Below are positions 8,817-19,580 of a stretch of 41,514 nucleotides of DNA, one piece after another. The notes below the pieces were generated by a model, which had not been told where the DNA came from, did not search any database, and saw nothing but the letters and a program-made list of their open reading frames with translations. Positions within the stretch are counted from its first letter, which is position 1. Each line of letters opens with the position of its first letter. This DNA is from a virus (lineage: Duplodnaviria > Heunggongvirae > Uroviricota > Caudoviricetes): IMG/VR virus record IMGVR_UViG_2690316276_000005; one strand, written 5' to 3'. The translations under genes were made by a program, and so were the position numbers.

Positions 8817-9416
8817 TCAGATACGGTATCCGATACCAACAATAAATGCATCCGTTCGCCAGTCACCACTACCGGAACCTTCATAAGCAAGGTCAATGGT
8901 CACGGATTCGGTCGGGTTAAACTGCACGCCAGCCCCCCACGCCAGAGACGTGTTGCTGTGGCGACCGTCATCACTTCCGGTCAGCACATCGTGCGTTTTC
9001 CCCTTGTTGTCAGTTACGCGGAGATAATCCCCGGAGAAAGTCGACACACGGCTGTAAGCCACACCCACCATCGCATACGCGCTGAACCATTCATTCACGC
9101 GTACAGACGGCCCCGCCATCACGCTGAACCAGCGGTTACGCACGGAATCTTCATGCCAGCGGGTATCGCTGTAGTGCGTTTTTTGCTCATCCTCAGCATT
9201 GGCATAACTGAAGGACGTAATCAGCCCCAGCGCGTCCGTAAACTCATAACGGTATTTCACGTTAATCCCGTTCAGATTATCGCTGCCGGGAGCGTTCGTA
9301 CGGGCATGAAGATACCCCGCGCTCAGTGTGGACTGATGTTCAGACGCCCATGCAGGCGCACCGGATACGGCCAGGCAAATGGCTGCGGACAAAATGGCTG
9401 CACAAACTTTACGCAT
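8817..9416 (-). CDS. lom: Lom-like outer membrane protein (Ail/Lom/OmpX family)
   Basis: Signal peptide MRKVCAAILSAAICLAVSGAPAWA; beta-barrel body ending ...AFIVGIGYRI; sits between J and stf as in lambda. Confidence 0.9.
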   Translation of the reverse strand: MRKVCAAILSAAICLAVSGAPAWASEHQSTLSAGYLHARTNAPGSDNLNGINVKYRYEFTDALGLITSFSYANAEDEQKTHYSDTRWHEDSVRNRWFSVMAGPSVRVNEWFSAYAMVGVAYSRVSTFSGDYLRVTDNKGKTHDVLTGSDDGRHSNTSLAWGAGVQFNPTESVTIDLAYEGSGSGDWRTDAFIVGIGYRI

Positions 9417-9440
9417 AATTACCTCTCGCTTTTCTGCAAT

Positions 9441-9464
9441 AAAAAAGGCGCCATTTCTGGCGCC
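9441..9464 (-). terminator. Rho-independent terminator-like hairpin downstream of J
   Basis: On the minus strand GGCGCC-AGAAAT-GGCGCC followed by a T-run; lies between J stop and lom start. Confidence 0.5.
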
Positions 9465-9483
9465 CGTATATGGGTTATAAAAT

Positions 9484-12400
9484 TCAGCTGATACTGATGC
9501 CTGCGGTGGCTTTCTTCATCACCACAACCAGCAAATCGCTGATACTTGCTGTGGGATACCAGTTATTCACCAGCCATGCTGACACCGAAAACTCCAGCGT
9601 CATGTGGCCGCGACCAGCTGGCATATCAATAACACCACTGTAAATCAGCGTATTATCCAGCGCGGTACGGTTATAAATTTCAGCACCGTTTTTCCGTACT
9701 ATCAGGCGGCATGACGAATAAATATCGTTATTCTCCCGCTCATGTTTAGCGCCGCTGAATGCCACCGCCGGAATAACAATTTGCCTGTCAAAAGGCTGAT
9801 CGTCATAAATCCTGACGGTAATGGTCCCTGATGGCCACCGCTCCGGTGCCCGGGAGTCCCGCGGAAAAGCCTTACCCACTGTTTTGACTATATCGCCTTC
9901 AATCTGGTTGGCTGACAGTTTCCCCTTAATCTGACAGTTCTCATTAATTGTGACATTGTTGAGCGTCCCGGCGTTCGCATTCACACTGCCACTGATATCT
10001 GCATTTTTAGCGGTCAGTTTTCCGTCCGGTGTCAGGGAAAATGCCGGAGGATTACCGCCGCTGGTAATGGTGGGAGCCGTCAGGCGTTTCAGGAACACGT
10101 CGTTCATGAATATCTGATCGCCCTGACCAACAAACATCGGCTTTGTGTTGCCATTCGCAGGATTAATCATCGCAATCCTGTCTGCCGCCAGCAGCACCTG
10201 ACTCTGCATTCCTGCTGGCGTATTCTCAATACCGGCACCGATACCCGCAATATAAAGGCGTCCGTCCTTCATCTGTTGCAGCTTCACAGCCCACATGCTG
10301 TTCAGATTATTATTTGTATCAACCTGAACCTTCTGTATCTGCTGGATTGCCGCACTCTGGTCTTTCAGTTTCTTATTGACAGTCTGCGTGATTTCATTGC
10401 TGACATCCGTAATGGACGTCCTGATTTCAGCCAGGTCAGGCGCAAGCTGACCGTTATCAATCTGCGTCCACAGCTCCTGAGCCAGATGTGTTTTCCCTAT
10501 CTCTCCTTTGAAAAAATCCAAGTAACCTTCCGCATCATCGCTCGCCCGACCGACAGCCTCCACGAATGCCGATTTGCCAACGGTGTTCACACTGCGAACG
10601 TAAAAATAATAATCATGGCCCGGTTTGATATTGATACTGGCGGCTATCCAGTACAGCGCCGTGCCAAGATAGCGTGCTGTGGTTTCAACCTGCCTGATAT
10701 CCGCAATCCGCTTTTCCGAGAACCAGAACTCAAACTGTACCGTCGGGTCATAAACGGCAAGATGCGGCGTTGCGGTTATCTGAAAATAGCCCGGCGTCAG
10801 CTCAATCCGCGACAGCGCTGCCGGTGCGGCAATCCGGAACGATACCGACGCCGGATCGCCCTGCTGCCCCCACGCATTTACTGCCCGGACTGTCAGCCTG
10901 TAGTTCCCCAGCGCCAGTTGTGTGAAGCGGTAAGTGGTTTCCGTCGTCCGGGCCGTGCTGACCAGCCGCTCACTGCCGTCATCCGCTGTTACGGTCAGAC
11001 GGAGCAGGAAGCTCACGCCCTTCACCACCTTCGGCGTGTCCCAGCGCGCCAGCACCTGATATTCCCCGCTGTCTGCGGTGACTTCGGCAGTCAGGTGCTG
11101 CACCGCTGGCGGCGTGACACCATTCACCGTGCCGCTCTGGTCGCCGTCAAAGTGCGCCCCGTTATCCACGATGGCTTCTTTTTCCGGCACATGCTGCACG
11201 GCGGTGATGGCATACGTGCCGTCGTCGTTCTCACGGATACTCACGCAGCGGAACAATCGCTGGTGCAGCGTCGGCAGCTTCAGCCCCCACACGCTGTATT
11301 CAGCAACACCGTCAGGAACACGGCTCACTTTTACCTTCACGCCGTCGGTGACGGACTGGACCTCCACGCTGACCGGATTCCCCTGCCCGTCAACCAGGCT
11401 TATCAGCGTGGTGCCGGAGGATGGCAGCGTGATTTCACGGTCGAGCGTCAGCGTCCGGGTCTGGCTGTTCACCGCCAGCACGCGCCCGCCGGTGCGGATA
11501 CCGGCATAGTCATCATCGCAGATTTCAATGACATCGCCCGGTACATGACGAAGCCCTTCAGCACCCACGCTGAAATCCACGGTCTGCGTCTCCAGCAGTT
11601 CCGTTTTAATCAGCCACAGCCCGGCGCGGTGTGCCTGCCCCCGGCTGGTACAGCCAAAGGCATCCATCTTCGTGACGTTACGACCGTAACGGACAATGGC
11701 CTGCGTATCCTCCACAAGCTCTGTCGCCGTCTCCCAGCCGTTATCCGGGTCAATCCAGTTCACCTCAACGGCATTATGGCGGTCTTTCAGGGCGCTGAAA
11801 CTGTAGCGGAACGGCGCGCCATCATCCGGCATCACCACATTACTGCGGTTATAGGCCCACACCTTATCCGACTGTCGGTCCTGCACGAACGTCAGCGTCT
11901 GCCCGTTCCATACCGGCATACAGCGCATCGCCGAGCAGAAATCACTGAGCACATCCCACGCCTTGCGCTGTGTGGTCAGCCAGGCATTACAGGTGATGCG
12001 CGGCTCCGTGCTGCCAAAGCCGTCCGGCACCGACTGGTCACAGTACTGGCCGATGACATACAGCGCCCATTTATCCACATCTGCCGCACCAAGACGTTTC
12101 CCCATGCCATAGCGCGGATGGGTCAGCATATCCCACAGACACCAGGCCATGTTGTTGCTGTATGCCGGTTTTAACGTTCCGTCCCAGATACCGCTGTATT
12201 GCCGCGTCTGCGGATTATAGTTCGACGGCACCTGCAGAATGCGCCCGCGAAGATGATAATTACGGCTCACCTGCTGGCTGCCGAACTGCTCCGAATCCAC
12301 CTGTACGCCGACCAGTGCCGTGTTCGGGTAGCACTGTTTCACATCGATGATTTCGGTGTATGACGACCAGAGCGTTTTGTTCTGCAGCTGGTCTGTGGTG

Positions 12401-12963
12401 CTGTCCGGCGTCATTCTGCGCATCCGGATATTAAACGGGCGCGGCGGCAGGTTATCCACCACCACCGAGGCCAGATACTGCGAGGTGGTTTTGCCCTTAA
12501 TGGTGATGTCTTTTTCCGTCACCCAGCCACCGTTACGCTGTATCTGAACCAGCAGGCGAACTTCAGACGGATTCCTGTCTCCCTTTGAGGTGGTTTCCAC
12601 CAGTGCCTGTACACCGAAGGTAAAACGCAGTCGGTCAATGTTTGCCGACGTGATGGTCCGGGTGATCGGCGTGTCATATTTCACTTCCGTACCCAGCACC
12701 GTCTCGGAGCCGGAGGATTCAAATCCCTCCGGCGGTGACTGCTCCTGCTCACCTGCCCGGAACACCACCGTGACGCCGGAGATGTTGGTATTCCCCTCAC
12801 TGTCCAGCACCGGCGTACTGTTCAGCAGCACGCTTTTTAATCCATCCACCGGACCTTCAACCGGCCCTTCGCTGATGGCATCGATCACACTCAGCAGCTG
12901 CGTGGACTTCAGGTTGTCCTTCGCTTCGCGCGGGGTATGCCCCTTACTGCTGCCTTTACCCAT
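9484..12963 (-). CDS. J: Tail tip / host specificity protein J (central tail fibre)
   Basis: 1159 aa; [54 protein letters not shown]... is collinear with lambda J as recalled. Confidence 0.95.
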   Translation of the reverse strand: MGKGSSKGHTPREAKDNLKSTQLLSVIDAISEGPVEGPVDGLKSVLLNSTPVLDSEGNTNISGVTVVFRAGEQEQSPPEGFESSGSETVLGTEVKYDTPITRTITSANIDRLRFTFGVQALVETTSKGDRNPSEVRLLVQIQRNGGWVTEKDITIKGKTTSQYLASVVVDNLPPRPFNIRMRRMTPDSTTDQLQNKTLWSSYTEIIDVKQCYPNTALVGVQVDSEQFGSQQVSRNYHLRGRILQVPSNYNPQTRQYSGIWDGTLKPAYSNNMAWCLWDMLTHPRYGMGKRLGAADVDKWALYVIGQYCDQSVPDGFGSTEPRITCNAWLTTQRKAWDVLSDFCSAMRCMPVWNGQTLTFVQDRQSDKVWAYNRSNVVMPDDGAPFRYSFSALKDRHNAVEVNWIDPDNGWETATELVEDTQAIVRYGRNVTKMDAFGCTSRGQAHRAGLWLIKTELLETQTVDFSVGAEGLRHVPGDVIEICDDDYAGIRTGGRVLAVNSQTRTLTLDREITLPSSGTTLISLVDGQGNPVSVEVQSVTDGVKVKVSRVPDGVAEYSVWGLKLPTLHQRLFRCVSIRENDDGTYAITAVQHVPEKEAIVDNGAHFDGDQSGTVNGVTPPAVQHLTAEVTADSGEYQVLARWDTPKVVKGVSFLLRLTVTADDGSERLVSTARTTETTYRFTQLALGNYRLTVRAVNAWGQQGDPASVSFRIAAPAALSRIELTPGYFQITATPHLAVYDPTVQFEFWFSEKRIADIRQVETTARYLGTALYWIAASINIKPGHDYYFYVRSVNTVGKSAFVEAVGRASDDAEGYLDFFKGEIGKTHLAQELWTQIDNGQLAPDLAEIRTSITDVSNEITQTVNKKLKDQSAAIQQIQKVQVDTNNNLNSMWAVKLQQMKDGRLYIAGIGAGIENTPAGMQSQVLLAADRIAMINPANGNTKPMFVGQGDQIFMNDVFLKRLTAPTITSGGNPPAFSLTPDGKLTAKNADISGSVNANAGTLNNVTINENCQIKGKLSANQIEGDIVKTVGKAFPRDSRAPERWPSGTITVRIYDDQPFDRQIVIPAVAFSGAKHERENNDIYSSCRLIVRKNGAEIYNRTALDNTLIYSGVIDMPAGRGHMTLEFSVSAWLVNNWYPTASISDLLVVVMKKATAGISIS

Positions 12964-13023
12964 TCGTCATGCTCCATAAACGATAAAACCGCCCGGAGGC
13001 GATTTCACATAAAACATTTTGCA

Positions 13024-13695
13024 TCAGCGACCAATCACCACAACCTGACCACCGTCCCCTTCGTCTGCCGTGCTGATCTCCTGAGATACCACACGTGACC
13101 CCACGCGCATTTCACCATACAGAACAGGCATAACATTGCCCTGGGCAACCATGTTATCCAGTGAGGAGAAATAGATGTTCTGCTTACCGTTATCCGTTGT
13201 CTGTGTGCGGGGAGTTCTGGCTTTCGGTGCCAGCATCTGAGCCACACCGCCGAGCACCATACTGGCACCGAGAGAAAACAGAATGCCGGTCATACCACCG
13301 GCACCAATGGCAGCCCCCCATGCTGCAAGGGTGGCTCCGGCGGTAAAGAATGATCCGGCAATGGCGGCTGCTCCCAGGACAATCTGGAATACACCACCTG
13401 ACTTGGCCCCGGCGACTCTGGGAACAATATGAATCACAGCGCCGTCAGGCAGAGCCTCATGTAACTGCGCCGTTAATCCGGACGTGCTAACATCCTGCCC
13501 GGCAATACGCACCTGATACCAGCCGTCGCTCAGCTTCTGACGAAACGCAGGGAGCTGTGTGGCCATCGCCCGGATGGCTTCGGCACCCGTTTTCACACGA
13601 AGGTCGATGCGGCGGCCAAATCGTTGCAAATCCCCGTAAAGGCAGATGCGTGCCATGCCCGGTGACGCCAGAGGGAGTGTGTGCGTCGCTGCCAT
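13024..13695 (-). CDS. I: Tail assembly protein I
   Basis: 223 aa, MAATHTLPLASPGMARICLYGDLQRFGRRIDLRVKTGAEAIRAM... resembles lambda I; position after K. Confidence 0.88.
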   Translation of the reverse strand: MAATHTLPLASPGMARICLYGDLQRFGRRIDLRVKTGAEAIRAMATQLPAFRQKLSDGWYQVRIAGQDVSTSGLTAQLHEALPDGAVIHIVPRVAGAKSGGVFQIVLGAAAIAGSFFTAGATLAAWGAAIGAGGMTGILFSLGASMVLGGVAQMLAPKARTPRTQTTDNGKQNIYFSSLDNMVAQGNVMPVLYGEMRVGSRVVSQEISTADEGDGGQVVVIGR

Positions 13696-14336
13696 TTGTC
13701 GGTATACCTCTCTCGTTTGCTCAGTTGTTCAGGAATATGGTGCAGCAGCTCGCCGTCACCACAGTAAATGGCGGCATGATTCGGCACCGATGAACCAAAA
13801 CAGCACAGCAGCACATCGCCCGGCTGCGCCGCTGACAACGGCACCTGATACAGCCCTGTGGCCTCCAGATTATCCAGATAGAGATTCTGACCGTGACGCC
13901 ACCAGTCATCCTCACGATGAAAATCCGGCATCTCAATCCCCGCCAGATGGTAAGCATCCCGGAACAGCGTGTAACAGTCCGTCACCCCGTGCTCAAAGCG
14001 CCGCCCGGTAAGATGTGGCACACAGCGGAACTTGTGAATCGCCCCCCGGCAGACCAGCCACCACGGCAAATCACTCTGCACCTGCAGCCGCCGGTCGGCC
14101 TCACTCAGCCAGGGCAGACCACCGGGGTGGCTGTGGACCAGTGCCACAATCTCACCCTGCATCTCTGCCTGCAGCCAGTCTTCCGGCGACATACGGAAAT
14201 ACGCCTCCGGCTCACCGGAGATATTCACGCAGGGGAAATATCTTTCCCCCTCCGGCGTTCTTACCACGAAGCCGCACGACTCCGCTGGAGCACATCGCCG
14301 GGCGTGCGCCAGAATCGCTGATTCTGTCTCTGTCAT
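13593..14336 (-). CDS. K: Tail assembly protein K (MPN/JAB plus NlpC/P60 domains)
   Basis: MTETESAILAHARRCAPAESCGFVV...HSHPGG (JAB motif) ...DCYTLFRDAYH (NlpC/P60 Cys). The ORF as drawn overlaps I by about 100 bp; the true 3' end is uncertain. Confidence 0.85.
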   Translation of the reverse strand: MTETESAILAHARRCAPAESCGFVVRTPEGERYFPCVNISGEPEAYFRMSPEDWLQAEMQGEIVALVHSHPGGLPWLSEADRRLQVQSDLPWWLVCRGAIHKFRCVPHLTGRRFEHGVTDCYTLFRDAYHLAGIEMPDFHREDDWWRHGQNLYLDNLEATGLYQVPLSAAQPGDVLLCCFGSSVPNHAAIYCGDGELLHHIPEQLSKRERYTDKWQRRTHSLWRHRAWHASAFTGICNDLAAASTFV

Positions 14337-14341
14337 GGGAT

Positions 14342-15040
14342 TTACTGCGAAAGTTTGTTAATGGAAAGGAAGCCGCCAAAGTTGCCGACGTTATTGCGAA
14401 ACTTACAGCCACTCAGGCATTTGCTGCATTTATCCTTCGTGATGTCGGACGTTGGCTGGTCATATTCATCCGCGACCGCCGGACCGTGATAACCGCACTC
14501 ATCGCCGCGATAGGTCCAGGTGCAGGTGTTGGCCAGCATGATACGTCCCGGAAAAACAGCGCCATCTGTTTCCGTCGGCGTGGACAGTACAAAAGAGGCA
14601 CTCACCGCGCTCAGTTCGCTGCACTGCTCAATGCGCCAGCGGCTGATCACCTCCTGCTCCGGATCGGCGTCACTGTTTCCGTTGACGAAGTTCACCGCAT
14701 CCAGAAAACGGGCGTAAACCTTACGCCGGACCACCGTTCCGCCGACCAGACTCTGTAGATCTTCCGCCATCCCGGTGACCATACCGTACAGGTTAGAAAC
14801 CATCAGCGTGGGGCGCGTACTGGTGCCTTTGCCATTCAGTTCAAAACCACTCCCCTGAATGGGATACGGCTGATACTGTCGCCCCTGCCAGGTGACCGGC
14901 TCACCTTTTTCGTTCTGCTCATTACAGAAAAAATAACGTTCTCCACCGACCTCTGTCAGATCGATTTCCCAGAGCACCACGCTGGCCGACTGCTCCGCAC
15001 GGGTGCATTCATTCAGTGTTTCCTGCCGGATATCCTGCAT
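14342..15040 (-). CDS. L: Minor tail protein L
   Basis: 232 aa, MQDIRQETLNECTRAEQSASVVLWEIDLTEVGGERYFFCNEQNEKGEPVTWQGRQY... lambda L-like. Confidence 0.9.
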   Translation of the reverse strand: MQDIRQETLNECTRAEQSASVVLWEIDLTEVGGERYFFCNEQNEKGEPVTWQGRQYQPYPIQGSGFELNGKGTSTRPTLMVSNLYGMVTGMAEDLQSLVGGTVVRRKVYARFLDAVNFVNGNSDADPEQEVISRWRIEQCSELSAVSASFVLSTPTETDGAVFPGRIMLANTCTWTYRGDECGYHGPAVADEYDQPTSDITKDKCSKCLSGCKFRNNVGNFGGFLSINKLSQ

Positions 15041-15369
15041 CAGTTCACCACCTGTTCAAACTCTGCGCTGAACTCAACACGCAGCATACTGACCCGCGAC
15101 GACCATTTTGCGCAGGTCACCTTTATCTGCCGCCACTCATAAGGCGGCGTCCACAGAAAGGCTTTCCAGCCCCCGTGCTCTTCCAGAAACGACTCCAGTA
15201 CCATGGCCTCCTCACGGGGGACAGAAAGCGTCACGCTGTACGTTTTCAGGTTGGCATTCAGCCCGGCAGGCGCTCGCTGGGAATAGCCATCACCAAAGCG
15301 CACCTTTCTTACAGAAGGGGCCGAAGCCACATCCATACCGGGTTTCACTTTCCAGCGGAAGGTTTTCAT
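15040..15369 (-). CDS. M: Minor tail protein M
   Basis: 109 aa, MKTFRWKVKPGMDVASAPSVRKVRFGDGYSQRAPAGLNANLKTYSVTL... lambda M-like. Confidence 0.9.
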   Translation of the reverse strand: MKTFRWKVKPGMDVASAPSVRKVRFGDGYSQRAPAGLNANLKTYSVTLSVPREEAMVLESFLEEHGGWKAFLWTPPYEWRQIKVTCAKWSSRVSMLRVEFSAEFEQVVN

Positions 15370-15792
15370 CGTCCACCTCCGGAGAACTGGCCACCATCAC
15401 GCATCTGTGTCTGAATTTCATCACGGGCACCCTTGCGGGCCATGTCATACACGGCCTTCATCATCTGTGGACCTGGCAGACCATTCGTACCGTCGTTCTG
15501 AATCACCACGTGATTGTTCTGATTAAAATTAATGCCTTCAGCCCGCCGCATCTGCGCCGGACTTCCGGCACCGCCCACATAACCACCTTCCGCATAGCCG
15601 CGCATCAGCCGGTAGAGATTCCCCACGCCAATCCGGCTGGTTGCCTCCTTCGTGAAGACAAATTCACCACGGTGAACAATCCCCGCTGGCTCATATTTGC
15701 CGCCGGTTCCCGTAAATCCCCCGGTTGCAAAATGGAATTTCGCCGCAGCGGCCTGAATGGCTGTACCACCTGACGCGGATGCGCCGCCACCA
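15369..15792 (-). pseudogene. H: Tail tape-measure protein H, C-terminal fragment only (cut by the N gap)
   Basis: The frame is open from the gap to the stop; it ends ...MRDGGQFSGGGR and overlaps the M start as in lambda. Only about 140 codons are present of an expected roughly 850. Confidence 0.7.
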
Positions 15793-15803
15793 NNNNNNNN
15801 NNN
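15793..15803. other. Assembly gap (11 N) joining lambda-like and P2-like modules
   Basis: N-run; the flanking sequence on the P2 side (15804-16080) is a near copy of stf 5421-5700. Confidence 0.95.
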
Positions 15804-16594
15804 GCCAGCTCGTTCAGTGTGTTCAGTGCATCAGGCGAAGAGTCTACAAGTGCGGCAATCGCAGCCATAACGAAAGCCGTGCTTGCGATTTGGGTATTAT
15901 TCGTTCCCTGTCGCGCAGTTGGTGTTGTTGGCGTTCCGGTCAGTGCCGGGCTGTTTAATGGGGCTTTCTTGTTCGTTTCATCCATTACTGCCTTAACGGC
16001 TTTTGGTGTCGCTGCCAGCGTTTCAGACGTGCTGTTGGTGGCGTTGCTGAGCTGGACAAGGCCTTTTGCGGTCAGCGAGGCGTCCGGGTGACGTCGTGAC
16101 TGTTCATGCTCTTTCAGTTTGTCATCCACGTAATTCACTGTGGCCATCACCATGGTGTTATCCACGGTAAGCGCCACAGTGGCAGTGCTGGATACGGTCA
16201 GAATGGTGCGAAATGTTTGTGCACGTCCGGATCCTTCGGCAACGGTTGGCTTGTAACTTTCGGCAGTATTGCCTACCGCGATCAAATCGCCGTGCTCATC
16301 AAACACACCAATTTCCCGGATCCAGAATCCGCCCGTTTCAGGAGGAATAACCAGCTCCGCAATAATGTGGTTCTGATGTGTTGCGTCCAGGGTGACGCGA
16401 TTAACGGTATGTCGCCACACCTCATGCACAAGACGGGTCTGCTTACTGTCTGGCGTGGGTAAAGTACCGCCGCCGTCACCCACGGCCATATGTGTCAGGC
16501 GGACAGGTTTCCCATCTGGCGCGGTTGCCTGCGCTAATTTTTTTGCACCCGTATCGGTGATAATGGTTTTAAATTTTCGTGTTGTGGTACTCAT
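15804..16594 (-). pseudogene. P2 H-like tail fibre, N-terminal portion only (cut by the N gap)
   Basis: MSTTTRKFKTIITDTGAKKLAQATAPDGKPVRLTHMAVGDGGG...ELVIPPETGGFW...YVDDKLKEHEQSRRHPDASLTAKG...[11 protein letters not shown] then gap. Directly follows baseplate gene I as in P2. The tail of ORF 15605-16594 beyond the gap is an out-of-frame reading of H. Confidence 0.75.
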
Positions 16595-16596
16595 GC

Positions 16597-17160
16597 TTAA
16601 TCGTCCGGATAAATGGTAATGACTTCACCGTCGTAAGTTGCTGCTGCCGCGAAAATATCTCCCTGAATCTCCTGAATGATATTCAGCCCTGTCATGTGGC
16701 GGCTGACCGGGCGGGCATCAGCAATCAACCGCTCCATTTCCAGATACATTTCCTCCGTCACGCCACTGTCCAGCGTGCCAACATCAATCTTGAATGTTCC
16801 GGGTTCGCCGTTGAACTCCCACCACTCAGACACGCGAATGAGGTATCCCAGCGGCTCAATGGCCCGTCGCAGGGCGCTGATGGTTCCTTTGTGTCGGTGT
16901 ATCAGCCATGCATCACGAATCACCTGTCGCTTTGTCTCTTCCGGCCAGTTGCGATCCCAGCGGTCAACGGAAAACGCCCAGGCGAGATAAGGCAGCAGAT
17001 GCACCGGGCAGGTGTCCGGCGACCACAGCGTGTTGAGGTCTGCCGGAATGTCTGTAATGCGTGTTCCGACGGCTTCGGCACAACGCATGAAATTGCTGGC
17101 TGATGGTGGTAACAGTGAATTACTCATTACGCCCACCTTCGCTGATGGTGAATGACTCAC
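16597..17160 (-). CDS. Baseplate assembly protein (P2 gpI-like)
   Basis: ...LWSPDTCPVHLLPYLAWAFSVDRWDRNWPEETKRQVIRDAWLIHRHKGTISALRRAIEPLGYLIRVSEWWE... resembles P2 gpI. Confidence 0.85.
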   Translation of the reverse strand: MSHSPSAKVGVMSNSLLPPSASNFMRCAEAVGTRITDIPADLNTLWSPDTCPVHLLPYLAWAFSVDRWDRNWPEETKRQVIRDAWLIHRHKGTISALRRAIEPLGYLIRVSEWWEFNGEPGTFKIDVGTLDSGVTEEMYLEMERLIADARPVSRHMTGLNIIQEIQGDIFAAAATYDGEVITIYPDD

Positions 17161-18016
17161 AGCGCGCCGCCTGTATGTCGCTGATGGCCATATTCTGTGT
17201 GGGTTCGATTATCTCCACGCGTTGCACACCGTGCACATGCAGTGCGGCAGCAATGGCGGACAACGCCACGTCCTGACCGATAAGCCCCTGCTCAGCCAGC
17301 CACTTCCTGAACGACGATTCAGCCGCAGCCAGAATAGGTTCGGATTCCGGACCGGGGTAAAAGTACAGTTTTGCATTCAGCCGCCATGTCACGATTCTGG
17401 CACTCTGTACGGTCAGGCGGTCGGCCACCGGGCGGGTATCCTCTGCATTCAGAACGGCGCGAACGGTATTAAGCAACGCCTCCGTTGCTGTGCCGTCGCC
17501 CTCAGTGGACAGGATGGAAACCGTCACATTTGCCGGAGACGGACTGATGGCCCGCGCATCGCGCACCAGACCGCTGGCGCTGCGGGCAAAATACTCGTAT
17601 GCGCCTGACGGGCCTGCAACACTCAGGCCGTCATACGCCCGCTGCGCCCGCAGTCTCAGCGAGGTGTCGTTCTCCATCACCACGTCGGTGGTATCCGTTG
17701 CCGGAGTGATAACCAGGCGCTTTGTGTTCATATTGCCCGCGAGGTTGTCCAGGTCTGTTCCGGCGCTGTGGCTCAACATGCAGGCGCGTGCGGCCTCATT
17801 GACCCGCTGGCGTAACAGCATTTCACGAAACGACATGGTTTGAGCGATAACGTTCAGGGGTTCCGATTCCAGTTCCAGTGCGGCGGAGACGACTTCACGC
17901 TGTTCGGCGGGATAAGCTGCAATCATCATGGCCTTTGTGTCAGCCAGAATTGCCTCAAAGTCAGGCTCCGCGATGATGGCGGGTTCCGGTAACTGGGAAA
18001 GGTCAACGGCAGGCAT
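17120..18016 (-). CDS. Baseplate assembly protein (P2 gpJ-like)
   Basis: 298 aa; ...RVNEAARACML...RPVADRLTVQSARIV...PGPESEPILAAA...LHVHGVQRVEI; P2 order W-J-I. Confidence 0.85.
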   Translation of the reverse strand: MPAVDLSQLPEPAIIAEPDFEAILADTKAMMIAAYPAEQREVVSAALELESEPLNVIAQTMSFREMLLRQRVNEAARACMLSHSAGTDLDNLAGNMNTKRLVITPATDTTDVVMENDTSLRLRAQRAYDGLSVAGPSGAYEYFARSASGLVRDARAISPSPANVTVSILSTEGDGTATEALLNTVRAVLNAEDTRPVADRLTVQSARIVTWRLNAKLYFYPGPESEPILAAAESSFRKWLAEQGLIGQDVALSAIAAALHVHGVQRVEIIEPTQNMAISDIQAARCESFTISEGGRNE

Positions 18017-18019
18017 GAT

Positions 18020-18370
18020 TTACTCCCTCAGCGTGATGGTTAATTCAACATTCTGCATGGTCTGCATGACAGTGCCCGACAGCGTCACCCCGGCGTGGCC
18101 TCCTGCCTTCCAGACAACGTCGATGGCGTTCAGGGCAATGCGTGGTTCCCATCGTGTCAGTGCAATCACGGTAGCACTCATGCATTGCAGACGCGTGGTG
18201 TTATTCATGGGTTCGTCAATCAAATCAGGCACAAGGCTGCCATATTCCCGTCGCATAACCCGGCTTGCCAGCGGGGTGGTCAGGATGTCCCTGACTGACT
18301 GTTTCAGGTGCGCCATATCGTTCAGGTTTCCCGTCCCGTCCGGGTTCATTCCTGTGTAGCGGGTTGTCAC
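18020..18370 (-). CDS. Baseplate wedge protein (P2 gpW-like, GPW/gp25 family)
   Basis: 116 aa; ...ILTTPLASRVMRREYGSLVPDLIDEP...; position between V and J. Confidence 0.8.
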   Translation of the reverse strand: MTTRYTGMNPDGTGNLNDMAHLKQSVRDILTTPLASRVMRREYGSLVPDLIDEPMNNTTRLQCMSATVIALTRWEPRIALNAIDVVWKAGGHAGVTLSGTVMQTMQNVELTITLRE

Positions 18371-18948
18371 TGCGGGCCTCCTGTCGAATCGCTGCCACCT
18401 TTAACGCCACCGTGCTTATGCGTATGCACTGTGATGCCGTTTGAGGTGAAATCGCCGCCGCTGTGCGTGATATTGCCGCTCATCGTTCCCCCTTTTGTGA
18501 CGTCAAGCGTCGCTGTTCTCAGAAGGTCTGTGCATTCCACGACAGGCGTGTTCAGTGTCACGCTGATGGATGCCTGCAAAGTGGCCGTTTTCATGCCGCT
18601 TGCGCTCAGTGCGCCTGCGTCCGCGTCGTAGCGGAACACCGCGCCGTCCGGCGCGCTGACCACGATTTCTTTCAGGCTTTTGCCGGGTGCCGGAATGGCA
18701 TCACTCCACAGGCTGCCGATTATCATGGCGGTTTCCGGGTTGCCGCCGATGCAGGCAATTGCCACCTGTTCGCCTGGTGATGGCGGAAACCACACGTTGA
18801 AGTCTCCCGCGCGCGTGGTGTTCCAGCGCAGCCAGCCTGTTTCCAGTTCGCCGCTGCGAACGCGCACGCACCAGGATTCCTCATCAACTTCAGAGATGAT
18901 CCCGGTGCGGATGATATTGCTCAGCAGTCGCATGAGTTCTGCGCTCAT
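18367..18948 (-). CDS. Baseplate spike / tail spike protein (P2 gpV-like)
   Basis: 193 aa; ...WFPPSPGEQVAIACIGGNPETAMIIGSL...TKGGTMSGNITHSGGDFTSNGITVHTHKHGGVKGGSDSTGGP, a gpV-type C-terminus. Confidence 0.8.
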   Translation of the reverse strand: MSAELMRLLSNIIRTGIISEVDEESWCVRVRSGELETGWLRWNTTRAGDFNVWFPPSPGEQVAIACIGGNPETAMIIGSLWSDAIPAPGKSLKEIVVSAPDGAVFRYDADAGALSASGMKTATLQASISVTLNTPVVECTDLLRTATLDVTKGGTMSGNITHSGGDFTSNGITVHTHKHGGVKGGSDSTGGPQ

Positions 18949-19580
18949 CGTACAGCCTCCGCAATCCGGCCCAGCACCGTGTTATAAATCAGGCGCTCAT
19001 CTGCCTGGCTGATACCCAGCAGCTCACGTACCGGGTAATCGGTGAAAATGCCCGGCGCAACCTGATCGCGCTCACCGAACTGATGAACGCGTGCAATACG
19101 TGCGGCCACGCCGCTGTAACCCACCGTCACACCGGAAGCATCTGCACGGGCTTTCAGGTAGCGGGCGGTGCGCAGTTTTACGAACATGGAGACGCGCCTG
19201 GTGCTGTCCTGGTTGATGCGCCGGGTGCGTATTTCCAGAAAACGGTCGATGTCATCCCGGTAAAACGTGCGGATATTGTTTTTATCCTCATCCCACCCGG
19301 TGATGGTTCGCCCGTATTTCCCCGTGTCGTGATGCCAGTTTTTCAGCGTGCGTGCTTCGTTATTCCAGATAAAGCGAATGCGCTCCTGTATCCGGGTTAC
19401 GCGGCGTCTGCGTGGTGTCCATGCGGTCCCGTCCGGCGCTTTCTGTGACCGGATACGCGCCTGCTGGGCGCGGCGTAAATCCTGTGCCAGCTTTCTGGCG
19501 ATGTTATTAATGGCCTGCTGATTCAGGCTGTCGCGGATAGCCTCAAAGGTTTCATCCACGCGGGTGAATGCCTTATCCAT
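18945..19580 (-). CDS. Tail completion / virion morphogenesis protein (P2 gpS position)
   Basis: 211-aa ORF between the R and V homologs; assignment is mainly by synteny. Confidence 0.55.
   Translation of the reverse strand: MDKAFTRVDETFEAIRDSLNQQAINNIARKLAQDLRRAQQARIRSQKAPDGTAWTPRRRRVTRIQERIRFIWNNEARTLKNWHHDTGKYGRTITGWDEDKNNIRTFYRDDIDRFLEIRTRRINQDSTRRVSMFVKLRTARYLKARADASGVTVGYSGVAARIARVHQFGERDQVAPGIFTDYPVRELLGISQADERLIYNTVLGRIAEAVR

Noticed and set aside
10276-12174. 632-aa ORF on the plus strand
   Set aside because: Lies entirely antisense to the well-conserved J gene; composition is Arg/Pro-rich and typical of a shadow frame in GC-rich coding DNA; no recognisable domain.
15605-15792. C-terminal ~60 residues of ORF 15605-16594 after the XXXXX
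   Set aside because: Beyond the N gap this frame is an out-of-frame reading of the tape-measure C-terminal fragment; only 15804-16594 is fibre-like.
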